Shown here piece by piece: positions 50,970 through 59,666 of a stretch of DNA of 64,000 bases (within the stretch, counting starts at the first letter, position 1; each line of letters begins with the position of its first letter). The DNA comes from Actinomycetota bacterium. GTDB lineage: Bacteria; Actinomycetota; Rubrobacteria; Rubrobacterales; Rubrobacteraceae. The notes beneath the pieces are model-generated. The model made no database searches, was not told the DNA's origin, and saw only the letters and a program-made list of their open reading frames with translations. The DNA is taken from assembly GCA_004563715.1 (NCBI GenBank), contig SIRX01000021.1:1580-65579 (forward strand), given 5' to 3'. A program made the translations under genes and the position numbers.

Positions 50970-52418
50970 CTAGAAGCCCGTGGCCGAGAGGCCGACCTCC
51001 TCCCGCTCGGGCCGCGAGCGGCGGGCCATCCCGCTCTCGCGGGCGGCCTCCGCCACGGCCTCGGCGACCGCCGGGGCGACCCGCTCGTCGAAGACGGAGG
51101 GGATGACGTAGTCCTCCGAGAGGTCCCCCTCCGGTATGACGCCGGCTATGGCCTCGGCGGCGGCCAGCTTCATCTCCTCGTCTATGCCGCGGGCCCGGAC
51201 GTCCAGGGCGCCCCGGAAAACGCCGGGGAAGCAGAGGACGTTGTTGATCTGGTTCGGATAATCGCTCCGGCCGGTGGCGATGATCCTGGCGTGCTCCATC
51301 GCCTCTTCGGGACGGATCTCCGGGTCGGGGTTGGCCATGGCGAAGATCAGGGGGTCTTTGTTCATGGCCTTGAGGTGCTCTATGGTCAGCACGTCCGGCA
51401 CGGAGAGGCCGAGAAAGAGGTCCGTATCCCGAACGGCCTCTGAGAGGTCTCCGGTCTTGCCCTCGGGGTTGGTGTGCTCGGCGAACCACTGCTTGGAGGG
51501 GTTGAGCCCCTCGCGCCCCTCGTGGACGATGCCGCGGGAGTCGCAGCCGATTACGTTCTCCACCCCGGCGGCCATGAGGATCTTGGCGCAGGCCACCCCG
51601 GCGGCGCCGATACCGTTGACCACCACCCGCAAGTCCTCCATCCGCTTGCCCACGATCTTGAGCGAGTTGATCAGGGCGGCCAGCACCACCACCGCCGTGC
51701 CGTGCTGGTCGTCGTGGAAGACGGGTATGTCGAGCTCTTTCTTCAGGCGCTCCTCGATCTCGAAGCACCGGGGGGCCGAGATGTCCTCCAGGTTTATCCC
51801 GCCGAACGCAGGGGCTATGTTCTTTACGGCCTGCACGATCTCGTCGGCGTCCTTGGTGTCCAGGCAGATCGGGAAGGCGTCCACCCGGGCGAACTCCTTG
51901 AAGAGCATGGCCTTGCCCTCCATGACGGGCATCGCCGCCCGCGGCCCTATGTCCCCGAGCCCGAGCACCGCCGTGCCGTCGGAGACGACCGCCACCGTGT
52001 TGCGCTTGATGGTCAGGTTGAACGCCCGCTCGGGGTCCCGGGCGATGGCCCGGCACACCCGGGCTACCCCCGGCGTGTAGGCCATCGAGAGGTCGTCGCG
52101 GGTCCGTATCTGCATCTTGGAGCGGACCTCGATCTTGCCGCCGAGGTGCATGAGGAAGGTCCGGTCCGAGACGTTGACCACCCGCACGTCGGGCAGCTCC
52201 TCGACGGTTTGGACGATCTGCTGGCCGTGGTCGGAGTCGCGGGCGTTTACGGTGATGTCGCGGATGGTTCTCTCCTGCTGCATCCGCACGATGTCCACCG
52301 CGCCGACCATCCCCCCGGCTTCCCCCACGGCCGTGAGGATCTTGCCCAGAGACCCCGCCCGGTGCGGGAACTCGACTCGTAACGTCATGCTGTAGCTCGC
52401 GCTGGGTATTGCTTCCAT
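50970..52418 (-). CDS. NAD(P)-dependent malic enzyme with an N-terminal ACT domain
   Basis: Contains LSMAYTPGVA, VVSDGTAVLGLGDIG, FGGINLEDI, HDDQHGTA and NGIGAAG. The N-terminal ~70 aa are ACT-like. Confidence 0.9.
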   Translation of the reverse strand: MEAIPSASYSMTLRVEFPHRAGSLGKILTAVGEAGGMVGAVDIVRMQQERTIRDITVNARDSDHGQQIVQTVEELPDVRVVNVSDRTFLMHLGGKIEVRSKMQIRTRDDLSMAYTPGVARVCRAIARDPERAFNLTIKRNTVAVVSDGTAVLGLGDIGPRAAMPVMEGKAMLFKEFARVDAFPICLDTKDADEIVQAVKNIAPAFGGINLEDISAPRCFEIEERLKKELDIPVFHDDQHGTAVVVLAALINSLKIVGKRMEDLRVVVNGIGAAGVACAKILMAAGVENVIGCDSRGIVHEGREGLNPSKQWFAEHTNPEGKTGDLSEAVRDTDLFLGLSVPDVLTIEHLKAMNKDPLIFAMANPDPEIRPEEAMEHARIIATGRSDYPNQINNVLCFPGVFRGALDVRARGIDEEMKLAAAEAIAGVIPEGDLSEDYVIPSVFDERVAPAVAEAVAEAARESGMARRSRPEREEVGLSATGF

Positions 52419-52530
52419 ATCTGCGGTTCCTCTTTTCCCTCGGGAGCTTTCCCCAAAAGCTCTTCAGGCACCATTTTATTGCAGGGCCTGCTCCCGGTAA
52501 ACGGGAAGGACCCGCGGGAGGCGAACCGCC

Positions 52531-52983
52531 TTAAACCGGCAGGTAGCCGGGGTCTTCCGGGAGGTCCTCTCCAGGGAGCGTATCCCGGCGGGCGAGGAAC
52601 CAGCGGGCGAGGTCGGACCCCGCTCCCGCCTCCAGGGCGGCGGCTTCGAGCCCGGCGCGCAGCTCGTGCAGGAGCGGCGGACGCTCGCCGTAGGAGATCA
52701 TCTCCAGCTCGGCGGCGACGGCGGCGTCCACAAAGCCGCCCCAGAGCTCCGCGGCGGTGCTCTCGACACCGGGCGGCGCGGCGAAGGCCCGCTTGATCTC
52801 GTCCGGCAGCGGGGCGGGCTCCACGACCTCCCGGCGAGCGGGGTCCGCCGCCGCGCCGGTTTCCGCCAGGTAGCGGCGGGCGGCCAGGAGCAGCAGGCGC
52901 GAGGAGACGGTGCGCTTGCGCCACGAGCCCGCCACCGTCTCCCAGTTCACGAACGAACCGCCGTAGAGTTCTCCGAGGTCCAT
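52531..52983 (-). CDS. Hypothetical protein (150 aa), downstream of tetR
   Basis: I use ATG 52983. The track start at 53064 would overlap the tetR coding region. I recognised no family. Confidence 0.4.
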   Translation of the reverse strand: MDLGELYGGSFVNWETVAGSWRKRTVSSRLLLLAARRYLAETGAAADPARREVVEPAPLPDEIKRAFAAPPGVESTAAELWGGFVDAAVAAELEMISYGERPPLLHELRAGLEAAALEAGAGSDLARWFLARRDTLPGEDLPEDPGYLPV

Positions 52984-53011
52984 GAGGGCTTTATACCACC
53001 CGACGTCCCGG

Positions 53012-53605
53012 TCAGTCGCAGCGCATCCGGGCCAAAAACGCCCGCACGAGCGCCATGGGGTCACCGAGCCCTTTCTCCTCTTCGTCGTGGCCGCTGAGGG
53101 CCAGGTCGATAGCCCCGTGGCCCGTGGCGTAGAGCAGCGCGGCCAACTCGACGGGGTCCCCTGCGGGCAACTGGCCGGCCTCCTGGCACGCAGCTACCGC
53201 GCGGACGATCCGCCCGTACACTGCCTGCGGCGCCTCGTGCAACTCCCGGCGGGCTTCGTCTCGCCCCTTCAGGGCGAACATCATCCGGTAGCGTGAAGGA
53301 TTCTCCAACGCAAAGCGCACGTAAGCCTCGCTCATGGCCTCCAGGCGCTCTGCCGGATCCTCGCCCGCGACACCGGCGGCCGCGGACATGCGTTCGCCCA
53401 GCTTCTCGAAGTAGCCCGCCGCCAACACGGAGAGCAACTCTCCCTTGTCCGCGAAGTGCCTGTAGGGCGCCTGCCTCGAAACGCCCGCCCGCTCCCCGAC
53501 CGCGCGCAAAGTGAGAGCCCCGAGACCACGCTCCTCGAGCAGACCCGCCGCCGCCTCCAGCAACGCCGAGCGCGTGCCACCCCGCGCCAGAGAACCATCA
53601 GCCAT
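53012..53605 (-). CDS. TetR-family transcriptional regulator
   Basis: The HTH segment is LTLRAVGERAGVSRQAPYRHFADKGELL. The start was trimmed to ATG 53605. Confidence 0.85.
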   Translation of the reverse strand: MADGSLARGGTRSALLEAAAGLLEERGLGALTLRAVGERAGVSRQAPYRHFADKGELLSVLAAGYFEKLGERMSAAAGVAGEDPAERLEAMSEAYVRFALENPSRYRMMFALKGRDEARRELHEAPQAVYGRIVRAVAACQEAGQLPAGDPVELAALLYATGHGAIDLALSGHDEEEKGLGDPMALVRAFLARMRCD

Positions 53606-53612
53606 TGCAAAG

Positions 53613-53669
53613 AATATCTCATACCTGGTTGACGCTGTCAACAAATGACGGTATGTTGACAGCGTCAAC
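53613..53669. promoter_or_regulatory. Divergent promoters with two 15-bp palindromic operators
   Basis: Operators are GTTGACGCTGTCAAC (53628-53642) and its reverse complement GTTGACAGCGTCAAC (53655-53669). The plus-strand promoter is TTGACG(53629)-17-TATGTT(53652). The minus-strand promoter is TTGACA-17-GATATT (plus-strand coordinates 53636-53641 and 53613-53618), ending 7 nt before the tetR ATG. Confidence 0.6.
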
Positions 53670-53700
53670 ATATTCCGAGGGTTGTACGGAGGAGGAAGAG

Positions 53701-54735
53701 ATGGGTATCGAGAGCGGTGCCAGGCGGTCGGTGATCGTCACTGGCGGCAATTCCGGGCTGGGCTACGAGTGCGCAAGGGCTATCTCGGGTTCCGGCTCCG
53801 GCTGGCACGTGGTCCTTGCCGTCCGGGACGCCGAGAAGGGTGGGCGGGCGGCGCGGGGGGTCTCGGAGGAGACCGGGAACCCGGGGGTGGAGGCGATGGC
53901 CCTGGATCTGGCCTCCCTCGCCTCCGTGCGCTCCTTCGCGCGTGAGGTCGCCTCCCGGGACGATCTACCTCCCTTGAAAGCGGTGGTCTGCAACGCCGGC
54001 CTGCAGGTCGTTGCCGGGACGAGCTATACCGATGAAGGCTTCGAGACTACTTTTGGGGTCAACCACCTCGGGCACTTCCTGCTCGTCAACCTGCTGCTGA
54101 AGGAGCTGTCCGCCCCAGCCCGAGTCGTCGTCGTCTCCAGCGGCACGCACGACCCCGGGCGCAGGACGGGAATGCCCGTCCCGCGCTACCGCGGCGCCGA
54201 GGCGCTCGCGTACCCGGAGCGCCACCCCAATCCCGACGAGACCAGCGAAGGCCCTGGTGTGGTCGGCAGGAGACGTTACACCACCTCCAAGCTGTGCAAC
54301 GCAATGTTCGCCTACGAGCTGGACCGACGCCTTCGGTCCGAGGGGGTGAGCACGCCGGAGCGTCCGATCTGCGTCAACGCCTTCGACCCCGGCGCCATGC
54401 CCAACACCGGCCTCACGCGCGACTACGGCCCCCTGGCACGATTCGCGTGGGACAAGGGGCTGACGCTGCTGCTGCCGGTCTTCAGGCGGCTGGGCGTCGC
54501 CACGAGCACCCCGGAAGTCTCCGGTAGGGCCCTGGCACGGCTGGTGACGGACCCCGCGCTAGAAGGCGTCTCCGGCAGATACTTCGAGATAAACGAAGAA
54601 GCACGTTCTTCGGAGGAGTCCTACGACGAGAGGAAGGCCGCAGAGCTTTGGGAGACCAGCGTCCGCCTGGTCGGTTTGAGACCGGAAGAAACCCCGTCGC
54701 GGGCAGCGATGGCGAAACGAGGAGCCTCCTACTAG
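53701..54735 (+). CDS. Short-chain dehydrogenase/reductase (retinol-dehydrogenase / protochlorophyllide-reductase-like subfamily)
   Basis: Contains VIVTGGNSGLGYE, NAG and YTTSKLCN (YxxxK). The start was trimmed to ATG 53701, behind GGAGGAGGAAGAG. Confidence 0.85.
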   Translation: MGIESGARRSVIVTGGNSGLGYECARAISGSGSGWHVVLAVRDAEKGGRAARGVSEETGNPGVEAMALDLASLASVRSFAREVASRDDLPPLKAVVCNAGLQVVAGTSYTDEGFETTFGVNHLGHFLLVNLLLKELSAPARVVVVSSGTHDPGRRTGMPVPRYRGAEALAYPERHPNPDETSEGPGVVGRRRYTTSKLCNAMFAYELDRRLRSEGVSTPERPICVNAFDPGAMPNTGLTRDYGPLARFAWDKGLTLLLPVFRRLGVATSTPEVSGRALARLVTDPALEGVSGRYFEINEEARSSEESYDERKAAELWETSVRLVGLRPEETPSRAAMAKRGASY

Positions 54736-54849
54736 CCGCCTTCGTCCCCGGTTCCACGGCATCCGTCGCCTCGCCGGTCCGGGATCTCCGTGGGCGGCTC
54801 CGACGCGTCTTCAGCCGTCGCGTCCCTCCTCCCGGTCGGGCCAGGAAGT

Positions 54850-56856
54850 TCAGGTGTCTGCCGGGATCGCGAGAGAGGAGGTGTCCGGCGGGTCGGCCGC
54901 GTAGCCCCGGTCCAGCGTCGAGAACTCCTCGTAATCGGCCTCCGGGAAGTCCAGCTGCGGCGAGGCGCCGGTAGCCTCGTCCATGTAGTCGGCCCAGATA
55001 TCGAGCGGCAGCGTCCGCCCGTTGACCTCTTCGAGGCCGTGGATGTTCACCATCGGGCGCCGACCCTCGGGGTAGCCCACCCAGACCGCCGTCGAGAGCC
55101 GCCGGGTGTACCCGACGTACCACGCGTCCACGAAGTCGTCGGTCGTCCCGGTCTTGCCAGCCGACGGCCGCCCGAGCCGCCCGTCCAGGTCCTGCCCGCC
55201 GGTGGCCTCCTCGTCCTCGACCACCCGCCGGAGCACCTCGGTGACCGCGGCGGCCTGGTTGCCGGAGAGTACCCGCCTTCCGGAGACCCGGTGGCTGTAG
55301 ACTTGCTCCTCCTCGCCGAAGTAGCGCCACGTCACGCTCTCCACCGCGTAGGGCTCGCGGTAGATGCCGGCCCCGGCGAACGTGGCGTAGGAGGAGGCCA
55401 TGTCCAGGACGCTCACGCCGGTTCCGAGGCCGCCGATGGCCGTCGAGGGGTAGGGCTCGACGGGCGTCGTGATGCCCAGGGCCTCGGCGGTGCCGGCGAC
55501 GTTCGAGAACCCGAGGTCCGCGGCGAGCTGCACGAACACGGAGTTGTCCGACTCCACCATAGCTTTTCCGACCGTGATCGGGCCGCGCTCGACGTTGTCG
55601 TAGTTCTCGATAACGTAGTCGGTGCCCTGAAACTCGATGTCCAGCTCCCGGGAGACGTAGACGGTGTCCGGCGAGACGTACTGGCGGAGGGCCGTGGCGA
55701 GCACCAGCGGCTTTATGGAGCTGCCGGGCTGCCGGCGGGCGTCGAGGGCCAGGTTGAAGTCGCCTGCCTGCCCGGCGAGCGCCCGGATGGCGCCGGTCTG
55801 CGGTTCCACCGTCGCCACCGCCGCCGAGGGGTCGTCGGTCCCGGAGAGCACTTCTTCGGCCGAAGCCGTCGCGGCGCGCTGGAGGGCCGGGTCGAGGGAG
55901 GTCTTTATCTCGAGCCCGCCGCGGGCCAGCGCGTCGTCTCCGAGTTGCTCCTGCACCTCCCGGCGCACCTTGTCCAGGAACGGGTTGTAGACGGGGTCGT
56001 CCGGAGGCTCCGTCGGGGCGAACTCCATGCCCGCCGCGGCGGCCTCCCGGCGTTCCGCCGGAGAGATCATACCCTCCCCGGCCATGATGGCGAGCACCTG
56101 GTCCCGGCGCGCCTCGGCACGCTCGATGCCGCTGGCGGTACCGGCCCCGTAGGTCGACGGGGCGTGGAGAAAACCGGCGAGGGCGGCCGCCTCCGAGAGG
56201 GTCAGCTCGCGGGCGCTCTTGCCGAAGTACCGCTGGGCGGCGAGCTCGGCCCCGTAGGCGCCCTGGCCGAAGTACACCGTGTTCAGGTAGGCGGTGAGGA
56301 TCTCCTCCTTGGTGTGGTTGCGTTCGTAGGCGAACGCCAGCGCCGACTGGTTCAGGCGCCGCCAGAAAGAGACCTCCATCCACTGCTCCTCCGGGACGAA
56401 CAGGTTCTTGGCGAGCTGCTCGGTGACGGTCGAGCCGCCCTCCTCCACGCTCCAGGAGCGCAGGTCTGTCCACGCGGCCCGGGCGAGCCCCTCGAAGTCC
56501 ACGCCGAAGTGCTCGTAGAACCGCCGGTCTTCTATGGCGACCACCGCCCGGGGCAGGTGCTCGCCGAGCCCGTCAGACCCAACGGTCTCCCGGCTCTGCT
56601 CAGCCGGGAGCGTGGCGATCTCGGTCCCGTCGGCGTCGTAGACGTGAGAGTTCTGGGCGAGGTCCGGGTAGCGCTGGTCCAGCTGTACCCGGTACTCCTG
56701 GACCAGGTAGAAGTACAGCCCCGCGAAGCCGGCCACCATCACCACCATCGCCACCAGGAACGCCAGAGACAGCCTGACGAGCACCCGCAACGCCCGGACG
56801 AAAAACCCCCGCCGCTTCCTGCTCGCCTTCTTGCTCGTCTCGAAGAAACTATTCAT
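54850..56856 (-). CDS. Class A penicillin-binding protein (glycosyltransferase + transpeptidase)
   Basis: GT51 motifs are EDRRFYEHFGVD and GGSTVTEQLAKN. Transpeptidase motifs are GSSIKP (SxxK), SDN and KTGTT. It has an N-terminal TM anchor. Confidence 0.9.
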   Translation of the reverse strand: MNSFFETSKKASRKRRGFFVRALRVLVRLSLAFLVAMVVMVAGFAGLYFYLVQEYRVQLDQRYPDLAQNSHVYDADGTEIATLPAEQSRETVGSDGLGEHLPRAVVAIEDRRFYEHFGVDFEGLARAAWTDLRSWSVEEGGSTVTEQLAKNLFVPEEQWMEVSFWRRLNQSALAFAYERNHTKEEILTAYLNTVYFGQGAYGAELAAQRYFGKSARELTLSEAAALAGFLHAPSTYGAGTASGIERAEARRDQVLAIMAGEGMISPAERREAAAAGMEFAPTEPPDDPVYNPFLDKVRREVQEQLGDDALARGGLEIKTSLDPALQRAATASAEEVLSGTDDPSAAVATVEPQTGAIRALAGQAGDFNLALDARRQPGSSIKPLVLATALRQYVSPDTVYVSRELDIEFQGTDYVIENYDNVERGPITVGKAMVESDNSVFVQLAADLGFSNVAGTAEALGITTPVEPYPSTAIGGLGTGVSVLDMASSYATFAGAGIYREPYAVESVTWRYFGEEEQVYSHRVSGRRVLSGNQAAAVTEVLRRVVEDEEATGGQDLDGRLGRPSAGKTGTTDDFVDAWYVGYTRRLSTAVWVGYPEGRRPMVNIHGLEEVNGRTLPLDIWADYMDEATGASPQLDFPEADYEEFSTLDRGYAADPPDTSSLAIPADT

Positions 56857-56948
56857 GCCCCTGCCTAAGTCTACCTAGCACCCCGTCTGATTGCGATCTC
56901 GCCCCACAACCCCGGACAGGTTCCGGGGCGCGGTGGTAGGATGCGGGT

Positions 56949-57260
56949 ATGCCAGAGCTTACCTGCACGGCACGCCGGATCGGCGACTACGAGAGCCGCA
57001 CGGAGGAGTACGAGGTCTCCTTCACCCTCGGCGGCACCCAGCCCCGCACGCTGGAGCTCAAGTACCAGGCCGCCCGGGCCTACGAGATCAACGCCGCCCT
57101 CGACGCCGCCGCCGAGGCCGCCCGCGAAGCGATAGCCGACAACCACCCGGAGCTCGCGTCCCGGCCCACCGACGAGGCGCTCTCCAAGTTCACCTGGCGG
57201 GCCATACAGTCCGTCAAGTACGACGAGGGCGCGGCGAAGACCTCGACGCTGGAGGTCTAG
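56949..57260 (+). CDS. Hypothetical protein (103 aa)
   Basis: High GC3, coding-like frame. I recognised no family. Its stop codon overlaps the hisA stop on the opposite strand. Confidence 0.45.
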   Translation: MPELTCTARRIGDYESRTEEYEVSFTLGGTQPRTLELKYQAARAYEINAALDAAAEAAREAIADNHPELASRPTDEALSKFTWRAIQSVKYDEGAAKTSTLEV

Positions 57261-58006
57261 CGGGGGGAGGCTTCTCCGGCGGCCCTCAACAGCTCCTTCA
57301 GCGTCACCTGCCGCTCGTAGAGGGCGGTCCCGACGACCGCCCCGACCACGCCATCTATCCCGGCGAGCGCCGCCACGTCCTCCGCGCCCCGCACCCCGCC
57401 GCTGGCGATGGTGGGGATGCGCCGGGCGACCCGGGCGGTCTCCTCCAGCGCGGCCCCGGTGTCCATGCCGTCGCGGGCGACGTCCGTGTACAGAACCGTG
57501 GCGACCCCGTCATCGGCCAGCTCCTCGGCCAGCTCCAGCATCCCGACGCCGCTGGAGCGCTGCCAGCCGTGGGTGGAGACAACGCCGTCTCGGGCGTCCA
57601 CGGCGACGACCAGCGCCCCGCCCGCTTCCTCCACGGCCCGCAGCCGGAGGTCCCGGTCCCCCACCGCCGCCGTGCCCATCACGACCCGGGCGGCCCCGGC
57701 CTCTAGGAGCGCCCGCAGGTCCTCCAGGGCGCGCACCCCACCGCCGACCTGCACCGGCACGCCCACAGCCCGGACCATCTCCCGCACGAGGGTTAGCTGC
57801 GCGGGACGGCCCTCTTTCGCCCCGTCGAGGTCCACCACGTGGAGCACCCGCGCCCCCTGACGCTCCCACTCGCGGGCGCGCTCGACGGGGTCGGCGTCGT
57901 ACTCCCGGGAGCGGTCGAAGTCACCCTGCTTGAGCCGGACGCACCGCCCCCCGCGCAGGTCTATGGCCGGAAAGACGGTAAAGCCTGGCACTTCAATCCC
58001 CGTCAC
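57257..58006 (-). CDS. hisA: HisA / PriA-type ProFAR isomerase
   Basis: Contains FPAIDLRGGRCVRL, HVVDLDGA, VGGGVR and ASGGV. GTG 58006 overlaps the hisH stop (GTGA). The alternative is ATG 58021. Confidence 0.9.
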   Translation of the reverse strand: MTGIEVPGFTVFPAIDLRGGRCVRLKQGDFDRSREYDADPVERAREWERQGARVLHVVDLDGAKEGRPAQLTLVREMVRAVGVPVQVGGGVRALEDLRALLEAGAARVVMGTAAVGDRDLRLRAVEEAGGALVVAVDARDGVVSTHGWQRSSGVGMLELAEELADDGVATVLYTDVARDGMDTGAALEETARVARRIPTIASGGVRGAEDVAALAGIDGVVGAVVGTALYERQVTLKELLRAAGEASPR

Positions 58007-58626
58007 AGGCCGCGCGCCCACGTGAGGAAGCTCTCGTAGAGCCTCAGGCCCGCCCGGCTGCTCTTCTCCGGGTGGAACTGGACGGCGGCCAGGTTCTCCC
58101 GGCCCGCCGCCGCACAGAACCTGATGCCGTAGTCGGCGGTGCCGAGCACGTCGGCGGGCTCCTCGGGCTCGGGGTAGTAGGAGTGGACGAAGTAGAAGGC
58201 CTCGCCGTCGAGCCCGTCCAGCACCGGGTGCTCCCGGACGAGGTCAAGCTGGTTCCAGCCCATGTGCGGGACCTTCAGGCCGCCGCCCTTGAAGCGGACC
58301 ACGGTGCCGGGGAAGATCCCCAGCCCGTCGACCCCCGGCGACTCTTCCGAGCGCTCGAAGAACACCTGCAACGCGACGCAGACGCCCAGGAAGGGCTTGC
58401 CGCTGCGGTAGGTCTCACGGCAGGCGGCGTCCATCCCCCGCTCCTCCAGCTTCCGCATGCAGTCCCCGAAGGCCCCGACCCCCGGCAGCACCACCGCGTC
58501 CGCCGCCGCCACCCGCTCCGGGTCGGGCGTGAGGTCCACCCGGGCGCCGACCTTCTCCAGCGCCCGCGTCACGGAGAGGGTGTTGCCCGCGTCGTAGTCC
58601 ACGACGACCACGTTCAAGCCGCTCAA
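58003..58626 (-). CDS. hisH: Imidazole glycerol phosphate synthase, glutamine amidotransferase subunit
   Basis: Contains VVVVDYDAGN, LPGVGAFG, GVCVALQ, PHMGWN and FHPEKS. TTG 58626 overlaps the hisB stop (TTGA). Confidence 0.9.
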   Translation of the reverse strand: MSGLNVVVVDYDAGNTLSVTRALEKVGARVDLTPDPERVAAADAVVLPGVGAFGDCMRKLEERGMDAACRETYRSGKPFLGVCVALQVFFERSEESPGVDGLGIFPGTVVRFKGGGLKVPHMGWNQLDLVREHPVLDGLDGEAFYFVHSYYPEPEEPADVLGTADYGIRFCAAAGRENLAAVQFHPEKSSRAGLRLYESFLTWARGL

Positions 58627-59207
58627 TCTATTACCCCCTTCGTCGAGGCGGTGCCGGAGCCGCGGGGGGCGACGCCTTTCCGCAAGGCCACGGCCAGGGC
58701 CTTTACCCCGGACTCGACCTTGTGGTGGGCGTTCTCGCCGTAGTGGCAGTTGAGGTGCAGGGTAAAGCGCCCGTACTGGGTAAAGGCGCGGAGAAACTCG
58801 GGGAACAGCTCCACGTCGAAGGTCCCGATCTTCTCCGGCATGGGCCCGAGGTTGCAGGTCAGGTGCGAACGTCCCCCGAGGTCTACAACGACGCTGCTGA
58901 GGGCCTCGATGAGCGGCGCGCTGGCGTCGGCGAAGCGGGTGAGGCCCGCCCGGTCGCCGAGGGCCTCGTCCAGCGCCCGGCCCAGCACCAGGCCGGTGTC
59001 CTCTACGGTGTGGTGGTCGTCGACCCAGGTGTCGCCCTCGGCCTCGACCTCCAGGTCCATGCCGGAGTGGTGGGCGAGCAGGTGCAGGACGTGGTCGAGA
59101 AAGCCGACGCCGGTCGAGACGTCCGCTTTTCCCGTTCCGTCCACGTCCAGGCTCACCCGCACAAAGGTCTCGCCCGTCTTGCGCTCCGCGCTGCCGGTCC
59201 GCGTCAT
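58623..59207 (-). CDS. hisB: Imidazoleglycerol-phosphate dehydratase
   Basis: Contains RKTGET, GFLDHVLHLLAHHSG and DDHHTVEDTGLVLG. Confidence 0.95.
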   Translation of the reverse strand: MTRTGSAERKTGETFVRVSLDVDGTGKADVSTGVGFLDHVLHLLAHHSGMDLEVEAEGDTWVDDHHTVEDTGLVLGRALDEALGDRAGLTRFADASAPLIEALSSVVVDLGGRSHLTCNLGPMPEKIGTFDVELFPEFLRAFTQYGRFTLHLNCHYGENAHHKVESGVKALAVALRKGVAPRGSGTASTKGVID

Positions 59208-59665
59208 TCTTCCTCCGGTCGTTTTTTGTCCTGGATCTCTTTCAGATCTTTTAGGAAGTGAAACGAGGAGATGCGCATTCCCTCCCGGAAGTAGAAGCGG
59301 TGCGCGTCGCCGCGCTGCACGCCCGAGTCCAGGTGGAGCTGCCCGCAGTCTTTATCCCGCGCCTCGTCCTCGAGCCAGCGGAGGAGCCGGGCACCGTGTC
59401 CGGCGGAGCGGGATTCTTCAGCCGCGATCAGGTCGTCCACGTAGAGGTACCTCCCGCTGTAGAGGAACTCCTGGACCCTGAACCCCGCCACGCACGCCAC
59501 CCGGCCCGCCTCTAACACCGCGGCCAGCCGGTAGCCGCCCTCGCGCATCCGGCGTACCTGCTCCACGTACCCGTCTTTCTCCAGGTGCGTCCGGAGCTGG
59601 CGCATCACGGGGAAGGTCGCGGCGACCTCTTTGTCTGAGACCATCTCCCGCACCTCGGGGGCCAC
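59204..59665 (-). CDS. GNAT-family N-acetyltransferase embedded in the his operon
   Basis: Contains YLYVDDLIAAEESRSAGHGARLLRWLEDEA and FYFREGM. Its stop overlaps the hisB ATG (ATGA). The GTG start is 1 nt after the hisD stop. The alternative is ATG 59644. Confidence 0.75.
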   Translation of the reverse strand: MAPEVREMVSDKEVAATFPVMRQLRTHLEKDGYVEQVRRMREGGYRLAAVLEAGRVACVAGFRVQEFLYSGRYLYVDDLIAAEESRSAGHGARLLRWLEDEARDKDCGQLHLDSGVQRGDAHRFYFREGMRISSFHFLKDLKEIQDKKRPEEE

Positions 59666-59666
59666 G

